From Azolla caroliniana (Eukaryota > Plantae > Polypodiophyta): a stretch of 64,000 nucleotides of DNA. Shown piece by piece: positions 58,015 through 64,000 of the stretch; position 1 is the first letter of the stretch; each line of letters opens with the position of its first letter. The position numbers were made by a program, and so were the translations under genes. The notes under the pieces were generated by a model that worked only from the letters and a program-made list of their open reading frames with translations, was not told the origin of the DNA and searched no databases. The stretch lies in the NCBI GenBank assembly GCA_043228905.1, contig JBHGNT010000007.1, positions 13,578,001 to 13,642,000 of the forward strand, given 5' to 3'.

Positions 58015-60924
58015 CGGACAAAACAGAGACTAAAACAGGCTGAAGAGTCTACAATTGCAGTCATATACACTTCAGCGTATGGGAACAACACAGCTGCTCT
58101 TGCTCAGGCAATCAGGTATGGAATCAACTTTATGCTTTAATCATGATAAAATATAACCATCAAGAGAGAAAAGTAACTTCTTTGGATACTTATCACAGCC
58201 AAGGCATATCAAAAGCAGGTGTAGTGGTAGAGAGTTTGAATGCAGAACAAAGCCCCAGTGCCGAGGTTTCTACTGTTGTGGATTTGTGATAGGGAGTCCT
58301 CTGTCCTACCTTAGGTGGTCATATGTCCACACCTATGCAGGTATATATATCTACAATACTGAATACAAGAAAATGTTTACTAGGAAAAAACTCTGAAACA
58401 CCCCACTGAGAGAAAAAGGAGATAACTTGACCATATAATTGCTCAAATAGCACAGACAATTGGTTGAGTTGAACATACAAATTCTCAAATATAGCATTTA
58501 ATTTCTCATTAGAGGGTTGAACGGAGGAGGGGAGGGCATGTTGGGAAGTAATGAAAACTCGGGAGTACTTGATGGAATAAAGAAAAACTAAGGGATACTT
58601 CAGAGTGTACCTTATTTATTAGATCAACATCCTGGTAGAGGTTGCACATTGTAGATCAGATTATATTTATTTTTACCTTTTTAATTAATCGTTGCTACAG
58701 GATACTTTAGGTATCATTCTTAGGGATGACAATGGTAGGAGTAAACCATGTGGGGTGTTTGGTTCATTTGGCTGGAGTGGAGAAGCAGTCGATGAGATAG
58801 AGCAGCGCTTTAAGGATGCTGGGTTTTCCTTTGCATTTCCAACAATTCACTGCTAATTTAAGGCAAGTTCAGACATCATTCTAGAGAAATTAGTGCAAAT
58901 TGTGTCATGGATGATGGTTATTTCCTATTAAGAGCCTTAACTGCATGACGGAAATTAAAATGTTGTTGGCTGGGTTTCATCTTTTGCAAATTATTAGCCC
59001 ACAGAATCCATCTACAAGTTTGTGAGGAAAATGGCACAGCTCTAGCACAATATGTGAAGAAATCTAAGTCGAAAGAGAGAAACATGACATCTCCTCAATT
59101 CACTGCGGCATCAGATGTTGAACATGTAAGAAATGACCCAATAACTTTTGTTTATATTCTGTTAATATTTGCACTGTCTATTTTCACTTTGTCAGTATCT
59201 CCGTCTGACTATAATAATAGAGAATCACTGCAATTAAGAAGAATAAACTAGACATAGTTTGAAATGTAGAATGGTGATTATTATAGTTGTCATTTTATAA
59301 AGTAGCTATCTCTACAAGAGTTAGCACATTGTGGGGTAATTTAATAGTTGTGTGAGTTCATTTTGCTTGCATATATAGGTGAAGTCTTGATTTTGTATTT
59401 CTTGTGACATTAATCTCAGGCAGTGGGTAGAGTGGTTGGTTTTCTTTGTGTTGTCTCTGCCAAGGAAAGTGCAATGTTGGCCTCATGGGTTAGCCAAGCA
59501 AGCTTTGATCCTCCAGGTCTGACAATCGCAGTATGCACATCTTTACATCAATATTGTAGGCATTGTCACACACATTTGACCATTTTTACATTTTACATAC
59601 ACATTTGAGCTTTGTTACTTGGACGTTTTTCCGCAACATTACATTCACATTCAAGCATTGTTAGATCACGTTGAGCATTTGCTACAGACACATTTCACCA
59701 ATGTTTGCCATTGACTGGGGAGCAAGAACTACCCACTTTCTCGTATTTTTCTCAGAGGCGAGAATGCTGTCAAATAGCTTATATGATACTTTCAGCTAAA
59801 GTTCCTTTTCCTAACATAGTGAGAATTATACAACAATGTATTAGTGAGACTTTTCCTTTACACAGATATTTCTAGGCACTATTACATTCATAACCGAGCA
59901 TTGTTACATGGACATTTTCTGGCATTATTTCATTCACTTTTGAGCTTTTGTCCACACGCATTTGAGAAATTTTACATACACTGCGTATTGCTATATGCAA
60001 TCACACTTGAGCAGTGTTACATGTTATATGCATACACATTTGTGCATTGTTACTTGCTACATTTACATTTGAGCATTGTTACAAGCTATGTAGGGTTTTG
60101 AACCGTTGTTATATGTAACGTAAGCTTTTGAGAATTGTTACATACACAGCTGACCGTTGTAAGACATTTGAGCAATGTTTTACATGTATATTTGGGCATT
60201 GTTATATACACAGTTTGAGCATTTCTACGAGAAATTTTCACCTTTCGACTCATAAACAGCTCTGATGTTTTGTTCAGGTTGCAAAAGAAAGAGCTGTAGA
60301 GAGTCTGTTGCTACCTGGTGGAAAGTTTGTCCTTAAATGTCCTTGGCCAAGGAAAAGTTGCTCCCATTACCAAACAACTGTTGAAGCCATTTAAGCCTGG
60401 AGAACCTCGCTACGGGGAATTAAATACCAAGGAATCAAAAAATGGTGGACGAATCCTGTTAGATGCTGTAAAATCTCAATTTATATCTTGATTTTATTTG
60501 TCAAGTTGAAAGTATTATATGAATATTTTCTTAGAACCGATGTACTTGTCTGTATTTGTTTAGATATCATGGATGGAATTCACGGTTGAAAGCAGAATGG
60601 AAACAGGAGACCATTGGGTATTATATGCAATTGTTGATGATGGTGCCTTGCAGGTATGTGGAGGTTAAGGGGGAAAACCCGAGTTTAGTGCTATTTTGTA
60701 CTTGCCTTACTTGGAAAACAATCTATAAAATTTTCAAATTTAAGGTCCACGTCTAAATTATGAGATGTGCATTGTGCCAGCAAACTTAGATAAAGGTTTA
60801 TTGAAATTTGAATAGTTTTCTCATGCTCTAATACAGATTGTTAATTTTGTTCATTGGTGTTTTTACACAGGATGATAAAATACTTAGTGCCATCCACTAT
60901 AGAAAGACTGGCGGAAGTTATTGA
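58015..60924 (+). pseudogene. FLVA: Class C flavodiiron protein (FLVA/Flv1-like) pseudogene: flavodoxin and flavin-reductase domains
   Basis: Exons at about 58015-58115 (YTSAYGNNTAALAQAIS), 58199-58340 (GISKAGV..GFVIGSP..PTLGGHM), 58701-58862 (GVFGSFGWSGEAVD, GC donor), 58998-59125, 59420-59530 (AVGRVVG..MLASWVSQASFDPPGLTIA), 60278-60467 (VAKERAVE), 60564-60653 (RMETGDHW) and 60871-60924 (AIHYRKTGGSY*). Frameshifts at ~58280, ~59010 and ~60335; TAA at 58854. Confidence 0.9.
59535..60235. repeat. Degenerate minisatellite in FLV intron (core CACATTTGAGCATTGTTAC)
   Basis: More than ten imperfect copies of the core motif between the 59530 and 60278 exon boundaries. Confidence 0.7.
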
Positions 60925-61084
60925 CGCTAAAACACCGTTCTCTCTATTGTCTTTTGTACATCTGTGGTTGAATGCTTCTCCAAATAAGCTTCTTCCATTA
61001 TTCACAACTTCAGTAAAGACAAAGTAAGTAGAAGAGGGGCATTATAGGTGCCCCACTAGAACTACACATGAGAAATGACAACGA

Positions 61085-61490
61085 CAAACCTAAGTGATGA
61101 AGAACTAATGTATTGGCTTTCTACTGGAGTCCAAAATCAGCCCTATTATGTTTACAAGTGTGAGCAGGTGATATGATACATCTCTGTATTTAATAATAAT
61201 AACTAATTGTTCTTAAAAGGAGCTCATATGCCAACAAGGTAATGATGTCATCTTCTACATCACAAGAACCACACATAAGAATTTCAATGCGAAACCTAAG
61301 TGAGGAAGAACGAATGATGTATTAGATTTCTACTGGAATTCAAAAACAGCCTACTAGACAAATTGTGTTAAAACATATAAGCAGCTTTGTGTGAGAAGGT
61401 GAAGCCAGCACTTCTCTTTATTTCACATCAATAACTAATTCTTCTTTGAGCTCATATAACAACAAGACAGTGATATCATCTTCTACATAA
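61085..61490. repeat. Diverged tandem duplication (~205-bp unit, 2 copies)
   Basis: AAACCTAAGTGA..AAGAAC..TTCTACTGGA..GAGCTCATAT..TCATCTTCTACAT at ~61087 and again at ~61292. Confidence 0.75.
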
Positions 61491-62679
61491 AGAGCAAAGA
61501 GCTATATATTATAGATGTTATTTTTAAAAATTAAAGAGAGTTTGTTTACTTCAAAGGGTAATTGGACACATGATTAAACAATTCAACAATAATCAAATCC
61601 AGAGTAATGCTTTGCTGATTTGGAATCATGATAGAAGTGACTAGATATTGACGAGAAAAGCATGTCTAATGTTCATCATTGTGAGTACATCAAATTTGTT
61701 AAATTTGGAACCTTTAATTAGTGTGGCACATAACCTAGTGTCTGAAGTCTACTTAAAGATAAAGTTTTAAGACCTTTGACTACGGTGACATCTAACCTAG
61801 TGTATCAATTCTACTTCAAGATAAGTGTGACGTCTAACATGTTGCATCTGAGAGTGAACAAGACCTATAATCTTGAATTTGTTTGGTTCTTGAGTGTCCC
61901 ATTTGCTCCATGTGTTTTAAATAGGACTACTAATGGAACTTGCTTTTGAGACCGGTTTTGCAAAAGCTTTATTCATGGTGGGTTATGTATATTCATCGAA
62001 AACAAGAAGCAATGTGTTGTGTGTTATTTATGTATAAAATATATAGGGTGCGTGGAGGTTATATGTCAAATTGTGGTGCAAAATCTAACAATTGACGATG
62101 ATCGATGTTGACCCTTCTGTGCCATTTATTTCACTCATCCTTTGCTAGTCGAGTTGATTATTGACAATAATCATCATCAATACAATATCATGATTACTGT
62201 CCTTAATGAACACCTCAACCCTATGAGACCGCCATCAATTAACTAATGTAGTGTTTATGAGCTCGCGATATAAAAGGTAAGGGAGTTTCAACCATCAATT
62301 AACTTAACTGATAGAGTGTTTATGAACTCACCATCGATTATAAGGCCACAGATTAACCACACACACACACACACACACGTGTTACAACAAGTGTTGGGCA
62401 AAGTCGTAGGAACAATGTTAGTGTTCTGGTTATATATAGGTTGGGACTTTGGCCGGCCAATCATGTGGGGGACACCCGGACCAGAGTCTTCCCATTCCTA
62501 GCCGGCTCATATTTTTTTGAACCGGCTATTTATACATATACATACATACATACATACATACATACATACATAGTTTATATGTATGTAAAAAAGAAGAAGT
62601 TGTTATGTTTTTGTGTTTTGAGTCATTTTCCCAGTTTCCCTCTTTCTGTTTTTTCTAAAAACAATCTTTGCGTCTGATT

Positions 62680-62880
62680 TCCTGCTCGCTATGCTCACTG
62701 CTCCTTCCTCCTTCGTCGCTGATCGCTGCTTGTTACTCACTGTTCGCTACGCGCTGATCCTTGCTCATTGATCGCTGCTCGCTGCTCCTGAGTCCTTCCT
62801 CGCTGCTCATTACTCGCTGATCGCTGCTCACTGATCGCCGCTCGACAGTACGTTACTCGATGCTCACCGCTCGCTGCTCC
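62680..62880. repeat. Short-motif array (TGCTCGC/TGATCGC/TGCTCAC), possibly the subterminal region of a DNA transposon
   Basis: Dense imperfect 7-mers. No TIR pair or transposase is visible. Confidence 0.55.
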
Positions 62881-64000
62881 CTATTGTGGGGGTGAGTGCA
62901 CATTTTTCAGTGTTAGGATCTTGTGATGGTATTCATGATCAAAAAATGATGCATTGATATAATTTGATTCAAAATGAGGTTATTATGATTACTCTATCAT
63001 ATTATTTGATTACCCTATGCATTAGGGTCTTGTATTCATAATTTGATTACTCTATGATATAATTTGTTTCATCCCAAAAGAATGCGTATAAGTACATCCT
63101 CCTAAAGGTTGGAATGTTTAAACGGTAGGAATGGTTTCTCATGTATCATGCATCTCATGGGGTTTAAATCTTGTTTTATAAATCTTTATAATATATCAGT
63201 GGTGCAAACAAAACATTGGGATGATTGATCACTATACTGGACACCCTTACAATAAAAAAGAGATGTTTTCCTTGTACACACTTTTAATAAAATAAATATT
63301 TTCCAAGTTTCTCTGATGCCTTTTCACATACGCACATACAACATATTTTCCTAAGTAGTGAGAGGCTTTTATAGTTTTTAGGTTGCAAAGCTCCATGCTC
63401 CTCATTATGGATTGTTTAGTCAATTATGAGAATTGAGAAAAGTTACGGATTTAGACGTATTTTCAGTACATAATCTTTTCCAACACACTTTTGCGACCAA
63501 TAATGTGGGTAAAGTTAAGGATTTAGAGCTATTTTCAATATGTAATGTGTAACATTTTTTTCTCTCTGTTTTGGATTTGGTATGCGCTAAAAAATAATTT
63601 GAACATGTTCCGGTTGACATTGTCGCTTGTAGGAACGTGGCCAGCTGAAAATTTAAAATTCTGGTTAGGCTCATAAGAAGTAGGAAAATTTCCGGTAGGG
63701 GCTAGATCCACATAAATTTTCAATTACATTATAGGTTATAATGGTGCATGCGATAGAAAGTTTCTAAAGGATGGTGAAGAATCAAAGAAAATATGTGGAT
63801 TACAAATATCTTGGAATGAAAAATAAATATTACACCCTTTGAAGTGGAAAAAAGACATGACTTGGTTAGTGTTGGTATAGAACCAAGGAAAAATATGTGG
63901 ATTACAATAAACTTGGAATGAAAAATAAGTCCCATAACCTTTGACGAGCAGTATATTAATTCATCGAGGAACACAAACCTGACAAAAAAAGAGTTTTCTA

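Noticed and set aside
58015-60924. FLV as a recent cyanobacterial horizontal transfer or contaminant
   Set aside because: It has multiple spliceosomal introns and sits in continuous plant TE-rich context, consistent with the vertically inherited nuclear gene.
61087-61300. Possible C/D snoRNA cluster (TGATGA in duplicated unit)
   Set aside because: The box C motif is not kept in the second copy (TGAGGA), and no properly placed CTGA box D or terminal stem is present.
62390-64000. Possible DNA transposon end (CCGG/GTAGGAA motifs, ~100-bp duplication near 63790-63930)
   Set aside because: No matching TIR, TSD or transposase lies within the window, so it cannot be called.

Overview
This is eukaryotic nuclear DNA from a non-flowering vascular plant, probably a fern. 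That is an inference from an intron-containing class-C flavodiiron (FLV) gene remnant together with purine permeases. Most of the window is nested retrotransposons. Bases 1-21.4 kb form a nest built on an outer LTR element whose 3' region holds a C-rich cassette of unknown ORFs. Inserted into it are a Tcn1-like chromovirus (TSD AACAC, self-priming site, -1 frameshift signal) and a full-length copia (TSD TTAGG). A copia remnant, itself cut by a tRNA-Trp-primed Ty3 element, lies at its left. At 22-28.6 kb are a hAT MITE and two intact, intronless tandem purine permease (PUP) genes. At 29-44.4 kb are an old Ty3 relic, a second copia, a copia remnant and four LINE 3' fragments that share a terminal hairpin. 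At 45.2-56.6 kb is a full-length Athila-like Ty3 element (TSD GCTGC) with a reconstructed ~970-codon accessory ORF hit by two solo LTRs; it carries a tRNA-Arg-like 3'-end sequence where the polypurine tract should be. At 58-60.9 kb is a disabled FLVA-like flavodiiron pseudogene with 7 recognisable exons. All calls were made by eye from the sequence and ORF track; no database searches were run.
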